Positions 21,707 to 29,926 of a stretch of 53,754 bases of DNA are shown one piece after another. How positions within the stretch are numbered: the stretch's first letter is position 1; every line of letters starts with the position of its first letter. The notes below the pieces were generated by a model that worked only from the letters and a program-made list of their open reading frames with translations, made no database searches and had not been told where the DNA came from. A program made the translations under genes and the position numbers. The stretch is from Pseudomonadales bacterium (lineage in GTDB: Bacteria > Pseudomonadota > Gammaproteobacteria > Pseudomonadales > UBA7239), in assembly GCA_035456205.1 (NCBI GenBank), contig DATIDQ010000027.1, positions 1 through 53,754 of the forward strand, written 5' to 3'.

Positions 21707-21715
21707 TCTGGATGC
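21690..21715. repeat. perfect tandem duplication of a 13-mer (ctgatctggatgc x2)
   Basis: Copies at 21690-21702 and 21703-21715. The TGA stop of the DUF465 gene (21704-21706) is created at the junction. Confidence 0.85.
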
Positions 21716-21735
21716 ATGGCTTTTGATACCGGAAA

Positions 21736-22890
21736 TCAATTAGCAATAAATTCCATTTCCGGAGAAAAAACACGGTAGCAATTGTGTTCTTTTTTCGCCA
21801 CGTACATAGCGCGATCTGCAAACACCCGCAACTTTTCCTCATCGCTCGTGTGCCCCGGGTACATGGCAACACCGACACTGGCGCCAATTTTCACACTGGC
21901 AGGCAAACCTTCGTACGGCTTGTTGATTTCAGCAATCACACGTCCGGCCACAATATCCACACCGGGTGGTGTTATCACATTTTCCAGAATCACCGCAAAT
22001 TCATCACCGCCCATGCGGGCAATGGTATCGGTTTTGCGCAACAGGATTTGTAAACGCTCGGATATTGTTCGCAAAACCAGATCACCTGCATCATGACCGT
22101 ATTGATCATTCACCGGTTTGAATCCATCCAGATCAATCATCATTAATCCGACGATATTATGGTTGCGATCGCAATTGGCCAATGCGCGCGTGAGCTGGCT
22201 GTCAAACATGGAACGGTTTGCCAGACCCGTGAGAGGATCATGCGCCGCCAGATACGCATAACGATCGCGCTCTGCATCGCGCTCCTGTTTCAAACGATGC
22301 GTAATCGATTCAAAAATCAACATCAGGAAAATAATAGCAAAATAGGTTACCACCCAGTGCATCAGGTGATGCATCGTCATGTAGGCAGTATCCAGCAATT
22401 GTGGAAAACGGAATAACCACTGGTTGATAGCAATCATCAACAGATGTGTCGTCGCCACAATGCACGACCACTTCAGACCGCCATGACGCGTACTCAGGGA
22501 GAAAGCGAGAATGATGGGGATAACCATGATAGGCGTGGCGGGCGAATCAATAGGACCACCCGATGTTGCAATACCAAAAACCGTACCGGCGTAGGTAAAA
22601 AATATGACGGCACTGATACAGCGTTCGTAATTATTGCTGTATTTCAACAGATACAGGACGTACAGGTAGCCGCCTGTCATCGTCAGCAGCAAGGCCATGG
22701 ATACTGCGATGTTGCCGCCAGACAGTGGAGCAAAAAACAGGATGTACCCGCATGTCACCAACATCAGCATGATATACATCGAGACAATGCCCGCCAGAAT
22801 GCGCGCCTTGTACAAGGTTTCCTGATCGTTCAGATAACCACTGTTGACCATCCGGTCAAACAGTCTGGCCAACTCCTTGCCACCTGTCAT
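21736..22890 (-). CDS. membrane-bound diguanylate cyclase (GGDEF)
   Basis: The N-terminal half is polytopic. The C-terminus has a GGDEF domain (RMGGDEFAV) with an RKTD I-site exactly 5 residues upstream. Confidence 0.86.
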   Translation of the reverse strand: MTGGKELARLFDRMVNSGYLNDQETLYKARILAGIVSMYIMLMLVTCGYILFFAPLSGGNIAVSMALLLTMTGGYLYVLYLLKYSNNYERCISAVIFFTYAGTVFGIATSGGPIDSPATPIMVIPIILAFSLSTRHGGLKWSCIVATTHLLMIAINQWLFRFPQLLDTAYMTMHHLMHWVVTYFAIIFLMLIFESITHRLKQERDAERDRYAYLAAHDPLTGLANRSMFDSQLTRALANCDRNHNIVGLMMIDLDGFKPVNDQYGHDAGDLVLRTISERLQILLRKTDTIARMGGDEFAVILENVITPPGVDIVAGRVIAEINKPYEGLPASVKIGASVGVAMYPGHTSDEEKLRVFADRAMYVAKKEHNCYRVFSPEMEFIAN

Positions 22891-22944
22891 AAGGTTTCCC
22901 TTTTTCGTTTTATTCCTGTACTTCTATAATTATTTTTTTAATTG

Positions 22945-22987
22945 TTTTTTATATTTACAGATTTTCTATATTTTTTATATTTACAGA
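22945..22987. repeat. 17-nt perfect direct repeat (ttttttatatttacaga) with 26-nt period in the GGDEF gene upstream region
   Basis: Copies at 22945-22961 and 22971-22987, in a very AT-rich 101-nt spacer between the coq7 stop and the GGDEF start. Confidence 0.8.
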
Positions 22988-22991
22988 GTTT

Positions 22992-23648
22992 CTAGATGTA
23001 GCGGCTGGTTCTTGTCATCAATCGCGATACCAGTGTCATACCTTGTTTGATCGGTTGCGGAAATTGCACGCCGCCAGCGGCCAACGCTGCGTGACTGTGA
23101 TGCGCTTCGTCTTCCAGCATTTTTTCTACAATCACGCGACTTTTGTCATCGTGTATCGGCAGTGTCTGTAAATGTTCTTCCAGATGTTCACACACCTGAT
23201 CTTCAATCGCGGATACAAAACCCAGGCTCACTTTATCGCCCACTAAACCTGCGGCAGCGCCCAGACCGAATGACATGCCGTACCAAACGGGATTCAGTAA
23301 AGATAAATGTCCGCCCAATTGTTTGACGCGTTCTTCGCACCACGCGAGGTGATCAACTTCTTCTTCCGCTGCACGCTCCATGTCGGCGCGCACCGTCGGC
23401 AATTTCGCAGTTAGTGCCTGACCTTGATACAGCGCTTGCGCGCACACTTCGCCGGTGTGGTTCACACGCATCAAACCTGCTGCCAGTTTTTTTTCATCCG
23501 CCGTCAATGAACACTCTGCTTCCTGCCGCGCGGGAGACTGGCGCAAGGCCGGCTGTGTGTTGCCGGTTAGTGTGCGCAGTGCACGGTCTGCCGTCATCAA
23601 CACGTGGTCAATGCCGGTGAGTTGGCGCTCTGTTGGGTAGTGCGACAT
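22992..23648 (-). CDS. coq7: demethoxyubiquinone hydroxylase (di-iron carboxylate), Coq7 family
   Basis: [26 protein letters not shown] and EDEAHH, the paired E...ExxH di-iron motifs of Coq7. Confidence 0.88.
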   Translation of the reverse strand: MSHYPTERQLTGIDHVLMTADRALRTLTGNTQPALRQSPARQEAECSLTADEKKLAAGLMRVNHTGEVCAQALYQGQALTAKLPTVRADMERAAEEEVDHLAWCEERVKQLGGHLSLLNPVWYGMSFGLGAAAGLVGDKVSLGFVSAIEDQVCEHLEEHLQTLPIHDDKSRVIVEKMLEDEAHHSHAALAAGGVQFPQPIKQGMTLVSRLMTRTSRYI

Positions 23649-23717
23649 TGGAATCCCTTGCTCTCCTGCGGTTTAAAGGCACAGACTATATATGGATAAA
23701 ACTCCTATGGACGATAC

Positions 23718-25073
23718 ATGAAAGAGCACCACAAACACAAGAAAGGCTGGATACGCCATATTCGCCATCATGCCGGCGGGCCACCGCATGCTGTCTCGCA
23801 CCACAAGCGCGGTATTGCGCGCCAATTTGCACGCTTCCGCACAGCGGGCATTGGCGGTATCACGGCATTTCTTGCTGTACTCGGGCCGGGCTTACTTGCC
23901 GGTTTGTCCGACGATGACCCGGCAGGTATCACCACCTATTCTGTACTCGGCACCGATCACGGTTACCGTTTATTGTGGATTATTCCCGCCTCCACCATTT
24001 TGCTCGTGCAATTCCATCTGATGGCTGTGCGCATAGGTGCGGCGAGCGGCAAGGGTTTTGTCGGCATCATCCGTGAGCGTTGGGGCAACGTCATGGGCTA
24101 CATCGCGGTGATCGGTTTGTTGTTTGCCAACTTCGGTACGATCTGCGCGGAGTATGCGGGTATTTCAGCAGCGGGATCACTCGTCAACATCCCTTCATTT
24201 ATCAGCGCGCCAATTTCCGGTTTGTTGATTTGCGGAGTCGTTGTGCTGGGATCATTCCACCGCATTGAACGCGTGTTGTTGTTTATTTCCTCCACGCTCG
24301 CGCTTTACATTATCGATGGCATTCTTGCTGCGCCGGATTGGTCTGACGTGTGGCATTACTCCATCGTACCGCACATGCCAGTGAATGAAGCCGGCTGGAT
24401 TGCACTCGCCGCCACACTCGGCACCACACTCGCACCGTGGGGTTTGGCATTCATCCAGTCGTACGCAGTGGATAAAAAAATTACCGTCGCCGATTTACGT
24501 TGGGAAGGTATGGATGTGGTGATCGGATCTTTGCTTACTGGCATCATCGGTATCGCAATCGCCGTGGCATGTGCTGCCACACTGAATCGCGCTGGCATCC
24601 ATATTGAAGATGCAGCAGATGTCGCAGCTGCGTTAAAACCACTCGCCGGCTCTTTTGCAACGACATTGTTTGGCGCTGGATTATTAGGCGCATCATTACT
24701 GGCTGCTGCGATTGTGCCATTGGCAACGTCGTATTCGATTGCAGAAGGCATCGGTGCACCAGCATCGCTGGATCTCGATTCGCATCACTTCCAGTATTTT
24801 TATGCTGCGTTTGTCGGTTTGAGTGTGGCGGCGATGAGTGTTGTTTCACTGCCTGGCTTGCCGCTGATTCCGTTGATCTACACCAGCCAGGTGGTGAACG
24901 CGGTGATGTTGCCACTGCATGTGATTGCGTTGCAATTACTGGCACGAGATCGTTCGATTATGGGCGACGCCGCATCAGGAAACAAAACACAGATTGCCGG
25001 CTGGACCAGCATTGCGCTGATCATCATGTGCGTCAGCGCGCTGGTGGTAAGTTGGATTAACGGACTGGTGTAA
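23718..25073 (+). CDS. NRAMP-family divalent metal transporter
   Basis: GPGLLAGLSDDDPAGITTYS (DPGN-like motif region), ~11 TM, 451 aa. It has an unusual His-rich N-terminal tail. Confidence 0.85.
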   Translation: MKEHHKHKKGWIRHIRHHAGGPPHAVSHHKRGIARQFARFRTAGIGGITAFLAVLGPGLLAGLSDDDPAGITTYSVLGTDHGYRLLWIIPASTILLVQFHLMAVRIGAASGKGFVGIIRERWGNVMGYIAVIGLLFANFGTICAEYAGISAAGSLVNIPSFISAPISGLLICGVVVLGSFHRIERVLLFISSTLALYIIDGILAAPDWSDVWHYSIVPHMPVNEAGWIALAATLGTTLAPWGLAFIQSYAVDKKITVADLRWEGMDVVIGSLLTGIIGIAIAVACAATLNRAGIHIEDAADVAAALKPLAGSFATTLFGAGLLGASLLAAAIVPLATSYSIAEGIGAPASLDLDSHHFQYFYAAFVGLSVAAMSVVSLPGLPLIPLIYTSQVVNAVMLPLHVIALQLLARDRSIMGDAASGNKTQIAGWTSIALIIMCVSALVVSWINGLV

Positions 25074-25084
25074 CAATATTGTTT

Positions 25085-25747
25085 TTATTCCGGCTGCAGC
25101 TGCAAATTCCACGTCATATCAACAGGACTATACTGGCCTTTCAGTTCATGGATAGGCACCAGTTGGTATGTCGCCTTGATGTCTGAGGCATTCTGGAAAG
25201 GCAGTTCAATCGAGTGAAAAAAAACAGGTTCACCGGTACCAAAAAACAGGTTGGCGAATGTTTCATCCTGATAAGGACCGGAGCGGGAATTCACACACCG
25301 CAGTGGTATCGGTTTTAACGCAACCAAGGCAATAAACATCTTGTACTTGCTGGTCGCGTAATTCAGGTCAAGCGTGCCAGTGCCATTCATAGGCACTTCA
25401 GTCGGCTCGGCAATTTCACACGTCCATGTGCTGATCTTGCCATCAGAATCTGGCATGGAGTTTTTGCCGGTGACACTCCATTGTTTGATCAATGCTGTTG
25501 AACTCGGCGTTTTCACGTCATCCAGTTCAGCCATGGCGCTGGTTTTTTTGCGGTTAGTAATCGGCAGGCGTGTTTTTACCTCGGCGCTAAAACGCGTCTG
25601 TATGTACTCACCTAATTTCGCACCCATAATGCTCACTGTGCCGTTGTAAACACCCAGCTTCTGCTCATCTGCTTGCGCATCACTCATCAGACAAACCAGG
25701 ACCATGGCCATAAACTGTAGCGTATGTTGCTTGCAAAAATTTTGCAT
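25085..25747 (-). CDS. secreted hypothetical protein, paralogue A (220 aa)
   Basis: The ATG at 25747 gives MQNFCKQHTLQFMAMVLVCLMSDAQA|DE, a Sec-type signal peptide. It is ~63% identical to the neighbouring gene, with no gaps. I recognise no family. Confidence 0.7.
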   Translation of the reverse strand: MQNFCKQHTLQFMAMVLVCLMSDAQADEQKLGVYNGTVSIMGAKLGEYIQTRFSAEVKTRLPITNRKKTSAMAELDDVKTPSSTALIKQWSVTGKNSMPDSDGKISTWTCEIAEPTEVPMNGTGTLDLNYATSKYKMFIALVALKPIPLRCVNSRSGPYQDETFANLFFGTGEPVFFHSIELPFQNASDIKATYQLVPIHELKGQYSPVDMTWNLQLQPE

Positions 25748-25797
25748 TACATTGCCCGTGTGAGAATCGATATTCTTCAATTTTATTTATTAAAAAT

Positions 25798-26460
25798 TTA
25801 TTGTGGTTGCAGCTTTAAATCCCACGCCATATCGACAGGACCATATTGGCCTTTCATGGCGTTAACCGGCACCAATTGGTAAGTCGCTTTCAGGCTGGAT
25901 GCATCTGCAAATGGCAGTTCAATCCACGGCACAAGATCCGGTTCGTTGGTGCCGAAGAAAAAACCGGTAGCTATTTCATCTTTGTACGCACCGGAGCGGG
26001 AGTTCACGCATTTGAGTGGAACCGATTTCAGCGCTACCAGCGCGATGAACATCGAGTATTTTTTCGCACTGTAGTCGATGTTGAGTGTGCCTTGTGCATT
26101 CATCGGCACTTCAGTGGGCGCGGCGATTTCACAAGACCACGTAGTGATTTGCCCATCGGAATCCGGCGAGCTGCCTTTGGATGTAGTGCTCCATTGTTTG
26201 ACCAGCACCGTCGCGCTCGGCGTTTCCACATCACCCACGTCTGCCATGGCTGTAGTGTCATTGCGGCTGGTCAGCGGGATGCGTATTTTCACTTCCCCAC
26301 TGAAGCGCGTCTGCGAATTCTCACCCAACTCCTCACCGGAAATATTGACCGTGCCGGTGTAGACACCCAGGCTTTCATCTGCCGCTTGCGCAACGCCTGC
26401 CATGCCAGAGAGAGTGATTACAGCAAAAGCCAATGCCTGAATTTTATGTACGTGCTTCAT
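25798..26460 (-). CDS. secreted hypothetical protein, paralogue B (220 aa)
   Basis: The ATG at 26460 is preceded by AAGGAAAGGAT. Signal peptide MKHVHKIQALAFAVITLSGMAGVAQA|AD. Paralogue of 25085-25747. Confidence 0.75.
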   Translation of the reverse strand: MKHVHKIQALAFAVITLSGMAGVAQAADESLGVYTGTVNISGEELGENSQTRFSGEVKIRIPLTSRNDTTAMADVGDVETPSATVLVKQWSTTSKGSSPDSDGQITTWSCEIAAPTEVPMNAQGTLNIDYSAKKYSMFIALVALKSVPLKCVNSRSGAYKDEIATGFFFGTNEPDLVPWIELPFADASSLKATYQLVPVNAMKGQYGPVDMAWDLKLQPQ

Positions 26461-26495
26461 ATCCTTTCCTTGATTTGTGATTGCTGCAAAAAATA

Positions 26496-27101
26496 CTACC
26501 ATGCCCGTAGAGGCATCCCCTTCACCTGCGCCTTATTCAATTTCTGATACTGCTCCATAAACGCCACATCCGGTTTTTTATTGTCATGCAGCGCAGCCAG
26601 ATCTTTTTTCATCTGGATAAACAGCTGCGCTGTCATGCTCGCATCAGCCAAGGCGCGGTGATACTCGCCTTCCGCGCGGATATTGTGCAACTCCACCAGC
26701 GTTTGCAAGCGATGGTTATCTGCCCACGGATACAGACGCCGGGCAATTAACAACGTACAGAGAAAAGATGGCCGCTGACGAATACGGATTCTGGCGAGTT
26801 CATGCTCCCAGAATTTTTTATCAAAACTTGCGTTGTGCGCCACCAGCGTCGCATCACCCACAAACTCGGCCGCTTCCGCCATGACCTGTTTTGGCGACGG
26901 CGCATCCCGCACCATGGTCTGGGTAATGCCGGTAAGTTGCGTGATAAACGCCGGCAACGGAATACCGGGATTCATCAGGCTCTGCCAGCTCTCGCGCACC
27001 TCGCCGTTCTCGACAATGACAGCGGCAATCTCCAGCGCCCTGTCACCCTGCAAGGGAGAAAGACCGGTGGTTTCAAAATCGATAACGGCATAGCGGCTCA
27101 T
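26496..27101 (-). CDS. stand-alone DEDDh 3'-5' exonuclease (DnaQ/epsilon-like)
   Basis: From the ATG at 27101: MSRYAVIDFETTGL (Exo I), HNASFDKKF (Exo II) and YHRALADA (Exo III, H-x4-D). 201 aa. Confidence 0.85.
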   Translation of the reverse strand: MSRYAVIDFETTGLSPLQGDRALEIAAVIVENGEVRESWQSLMNPGIPLPAFITQLTGITQTMVRDAPSPKQVMAEAAEFVGDATLVAHNASFDKKFWEHELARIRIRQRPSFLCTLLIARRLYPWADNHRLQTLVELHNIRAEGEYHRALADASMTAQLFIQMKKDLAALHDNKKPDVAFMEQYQKLNKAQVKGMPLRAW

Positions 27102-27206
27102 CCGGCCAGAGTAACACTTTACAAAATCGTCTATCCACAATGGCTTTTCCCTTGCCTTTGCCCAACAATCCTTATTCGCCCACCCGCAGTTTATGAATGA
27201 CTCCCC

Positions 27207-28079
27207 ATGCCTCACACAGACGCCCACTCCACCCGCAACGGCTATATTTTCGGCTTCATCACCGTGTTGCTGTGGGCCGGATTTGTGTTGCTCTCGCGCA
27301 CGGCGGAAGCCAATGGCCTGAACGGTTTTGATCTCACCGCACTGCGCTTCGGCACCGCTGCCATTTTTCTGCTGCCAGCGTGGTTGTTCTGGCACCGCGT
27401 AGCATTGTTCAACCTGCCGATGCTGGCACTCACAGCCACCGGCGGTATCGGCTATGCCGTGTTCGTGTACTCGGCCTTCCACTTCGCGCCCGCCTCACAC
27501 GGCGCAGTGCTGTTGTCGGGCATCCTGCCGTTTTTTGTGACATTGATGGCCTGGCTGGTACTCGGCGAGCGCCCCAGCCAACATCGGGTCATAGCGTTAG
27601 GTGTCATCGGGCTAGGCGTGCTGTGCCTCGGCGTGTACAGCATCGACAACCTGAGCCAGAGCTGGCCGGGCGACCTGCTGCTGATTGGCTCTTCCTGCCT
27701 GTGGGGCTTGTATACGGTGCTGGTCAAACGCTGGGGTAAAACCCCTTGGGATATCACCATCGGCGTAGCACTGCTGTCTGCACTCATCTACCTGCCGGTG
27801 TACTGGCTGTTCCTGCCCAAAGGTCTGTTCACCGCATCCTGGCACGCCATTTTGCTGCAAGCCTTTTTTCAGGGCGTGTTGGTGGTGATTGTGGCGATGC
27901 TGTGTTTCATGCAGGCGATGGAACGGCTGGGGCCAACACGACTCGGTGCAGTCATGGCTACCGTGCCCGCGTTTGCCGGCATTGGTGCTGTGTTGATTCT
28001 CGGCGAACCGTTTTCATGGCTGTTAGTGGCAGGATTGCTACTGACGTGCGGCGGTGCGTGGCTGGGTTCACGCGGATAA
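27207..28079 (+). CDS. EamA/DMT-superfamily transporter
   Basis: 290 aa, ten predicted TM segments in two EamA-like halves (ITVLLWAGFVLLSR..., LWGLYTVLVKRW...). Confidence 0.8.
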   Translation: MPHTDAHSTRNGYIFGFITVLLWAGFVLLSRTAEANGLNGFDLTALRFGTAAIFLLPAWLFWHRVALFNLPMLALTATGGIGYAVFVYSAFHFAPASHGAVLLSGILPFFVTLMAWLVLGERPSQHRVIALGVIGLGVLCLGVYSIDNLSQSWPGDLLLIGSSCLWGLYTVLVKRWGKTPWDITIGVALLSALIYLPVYWLFLPKGLFTASWHAILLQAFFQGVLVVIVAMLCFMQAMERLGPTRLGAVMATVPAFAGIGAVLILGEPFSWLLVAGLLLTCGGAWLGSRG

Positions 28080-28229
28080 ATTGCGTTTGCGCGAACACAT
28101 TTGCTGCAGCACAAAATAATGACAGTTGCGTTAAATACTATATTTACAGTGTTTTTTGCATTTTAGAGCGCACATTCCAATTTAATCCACGATGATGTGA
28201 TCTCGCTATAACAGCGAAGGTGAATCGTC

Positions 28230-28364
28230 ATGAAAGCTGTATTACCGGTATTATTTTTTGCAACATTGGGTGTGCCAGGCGGCATATTCTGCGCCGTTAT
28301 TTTTGCCCTGATTGCATTCTGGGCAGTGAACGGCAAAGCGGAAAGCGCAGAAGACGACGAGTAA
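28230..28364 (+). CDS. candidate 44-aa small membrane protein (below the ORF-track cutoff)
   Basis: AAGGTG lies 7 nt upstream of the ATG. The product MKAVLPVLFFATLGVPGGIFCAVIFALIAFWAVNGKAESAEDDE has a hydrophobic core and an acidic tail. It sits in an otherwise empty 340-nt gap. Confidence 0.45.
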   Translation: MKAVLPVLFFATLGVPGGIFCAVIFALIAFWAVNGKAESAEDDE

Positions 28365-28402
28365 AAAACATCGCAGCATTGCTCAGGCAGTGCCGCAATG
28401 TT
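28363..28402 (-). terminator. possible terminator hairpin downstream of dbpA
   Basis: Imperfect 12-bp arms (28367-28378 and 28391-28402, 2 mismatches). They are followed on the minus strand by TTTTTT. Confidence 0.35.
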
Positions 28403-28419
28403 TGGCAGCAGGCAGTGAT

Positions 28420-29814
28420 CTAGCAGTCCAGACGCCGCACTTTGAACGCGCGGCCCTTTATTTTTACGCTCTGTAATTTTTTCACCGCATCCTGTGCAAT
28501 AGCGTAATCCACTGCCACAAAAGATTGCATATCAAAAATAGCGATCTTGCCGATCTGCGCGCCAACAAAACCTGCATCACCCGTTAACGCACCAAGAATA
28601 TCGCCCGGACGCAATTTGTCTTTACGCCCACCGCTGATATTGATCGTGGCCATTTTAGGCAAGGGCATCACTGCGGGCGCCGCTGTTGTCGGCAATGCAC
28701 TCCACTGCAATTTTTGTTGTTGATAATCTTCAATAGCATTGGCGCGATGCACTTCACCCGCGGTACACAAGCTCAGCGCCAATCCTGTTTGCCCGGCTCG
28801 ACCGGTGCGACCTATACGATGGATATGCACTTCCGGATCATGCGATAGTTCAACATTGATGACCGCAGCGAGATCCTTGATATCAAGCCCGCGCGCGGCA
28901 ACGTCGGTCGCCACTAGCAACGGGCAACTGCGATTGGAAAATTGCACCAATACTTGATCGCGTTCACGCTGTTCCAGATCGCCGTGCAATGCCAAGGCGT
29001 GAAAACCTTGTGCACGCAAACTCTTGGCAATCTGGTCGCATTCCATTTTGGTATTGCAAAACAATACCGCTGATTCCGGCTCCGCTGCCTGATACAAATA
29101 ATGGTGCAACAAAGCCTCCACTGCCTGCGCACGTTGACCGCGTTCTATTTCAAAAAAATGTTGCTCGATCTGCGTGTCTGCATGTACCGATTCCACCGTC
29201 ACTTCGACAGGATTTTTCTGGAAACTGCGCGACAACTTTCTGATCTCATCTGCATAGGTGGCAGAAAACAATAATGTCTGGCGTTTCGGCGGCACAAAAT
29301 TCACCACTTCCACAATGCTGTCATGGAAACCCATGTCCAGCATGCGATCCGCTTCATCCAATACCAGCGTGTTCAGCTTATCCAGTACAAGAGAAGTTTT
29401 TTGTAAATGTTTTAACACGCGACCCGGTGTACCCACCACCACATGCGCACCGTGTTCCAACGCGCCGATCTGCGGCCCCAATGGCATGCCGCCGCACAAA
29501 GTCACTATCTTGATATTGTCTTCAAAACGCGCCAGCCGCCGTAATTCCTTTGTCACTTGATCCGCCAGTTCACGCGTGGGGCACAGCACCAGCGCTTGCG
29601 TGGCAAATAAACGTTGATTCAGTTTATTCAGCAAGGCGATACCGAAAGCTGCTGTTTTGCCACTGCCTGTTTTTGCCTGCGCGATCACATCACTGCCTGC
29701 TAACAGGTGATGCAAACTCTCTGCCTGGATCGGTGTCATGGCGGTATAGCCCAGCGCATCAAGATTCGTCAGCTGAGCGGGAGGCAGGGGCAATGTAGAA
29801 AAAGCAGTGGTCAC
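28420..29814 (-). CDS. dbpA: ATP-dependent RNA helicase DbpA (DEAD box, 23S rRNA-specific C-terminal domain)
   Basis: The GTG at 29814 gives (M)TTAFSTLPLPPAQLTNL, which aligns with the E. coli DbpA N-terminus MTAFSTLNVLPPAQLTNL. Motifs AKTGSGKT, DEAD, SAT and HRIGRTGR are present, plus a C-terminal DbpA RNA-binding domain. Confidence 0.88.
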   Translation of the reverse strand: MTTAFSTLPLPPAQLTNLDALGYTAMTPIQAESLHHLLAGSDVIAQAKTGSGKTAAFGIALLNKLNQRLFATQALVLCPTRELADQVTKELRRLARFEDNIKIVTLCGGMPLGPQIGALEHGAHVVVGTPGRVLKHLQKTSLVLDKLNTLVLDEADRMLDMGFHDSIVEVVNFVPPKRQTLLFSATYADEIRKLSRSFQKNPVEVTVESVHADTQIEQHFFEIERGQRAQAVEALLHHYLYQAAEPESAVLFCNTKMECDQIAKSLRAQGFHALALHGDLEQRERDQVLVQFSNRSCPLLVATDVAARGLDIKDLAAVINVELSHDPEVHIHRIGRTGRAGQTGLALSLCTAGEVHRANAIEDYQQQKLQWSALPTTAAPAVMPLPKMATINISGGRKDKLRPGDILGALTGDAGFVGAQIGKIAIFDMQSFVAVDYAIAQDAVKKLQSVKIKGRAFKVRRLDC

Positions 29815-29926
29815 GGTGTTTGTCCGGCTTGAGTACGGAACAGTGTAACACCCCGCTGCAGAGACCACTCCAACAAAACACGACAAACCGTTACGATAGT
29901 GCGACTACCACAACAACAATGCACAG

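Noticed and set aside
23649-23717. A manganese (yybP-ykoY) riboswitch or other leader element upstream of the NRAMP gene.
   Set aside because: Only ~70 nt are available, and I see no conserved riboswitch core or convincing paired structure.
25846-26547. A 233-aa ORF antisense to secreted paralogue B.
   Set aside because: The minus-strand reading has a strong Shine-Dalgarno, a signal peptide and a paralogue next door. The plus-strand ORF has none of these, and paralogue A shows only the short 25374..25649 plus-strand ORF, with no ORF of comparable length.
27102-27482. The 127-codon N-terminal extension of the exonuclease ORF in the track (26496..27482).
   Set aside because: The Exo I motif begins 8 residues after the internal ATG at 27101. 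The extension has an odd Cys/Gln/His/Gly-rich composition. It also overlaps the divergent EamA gene start and promoter region. It is most likely untranslated.
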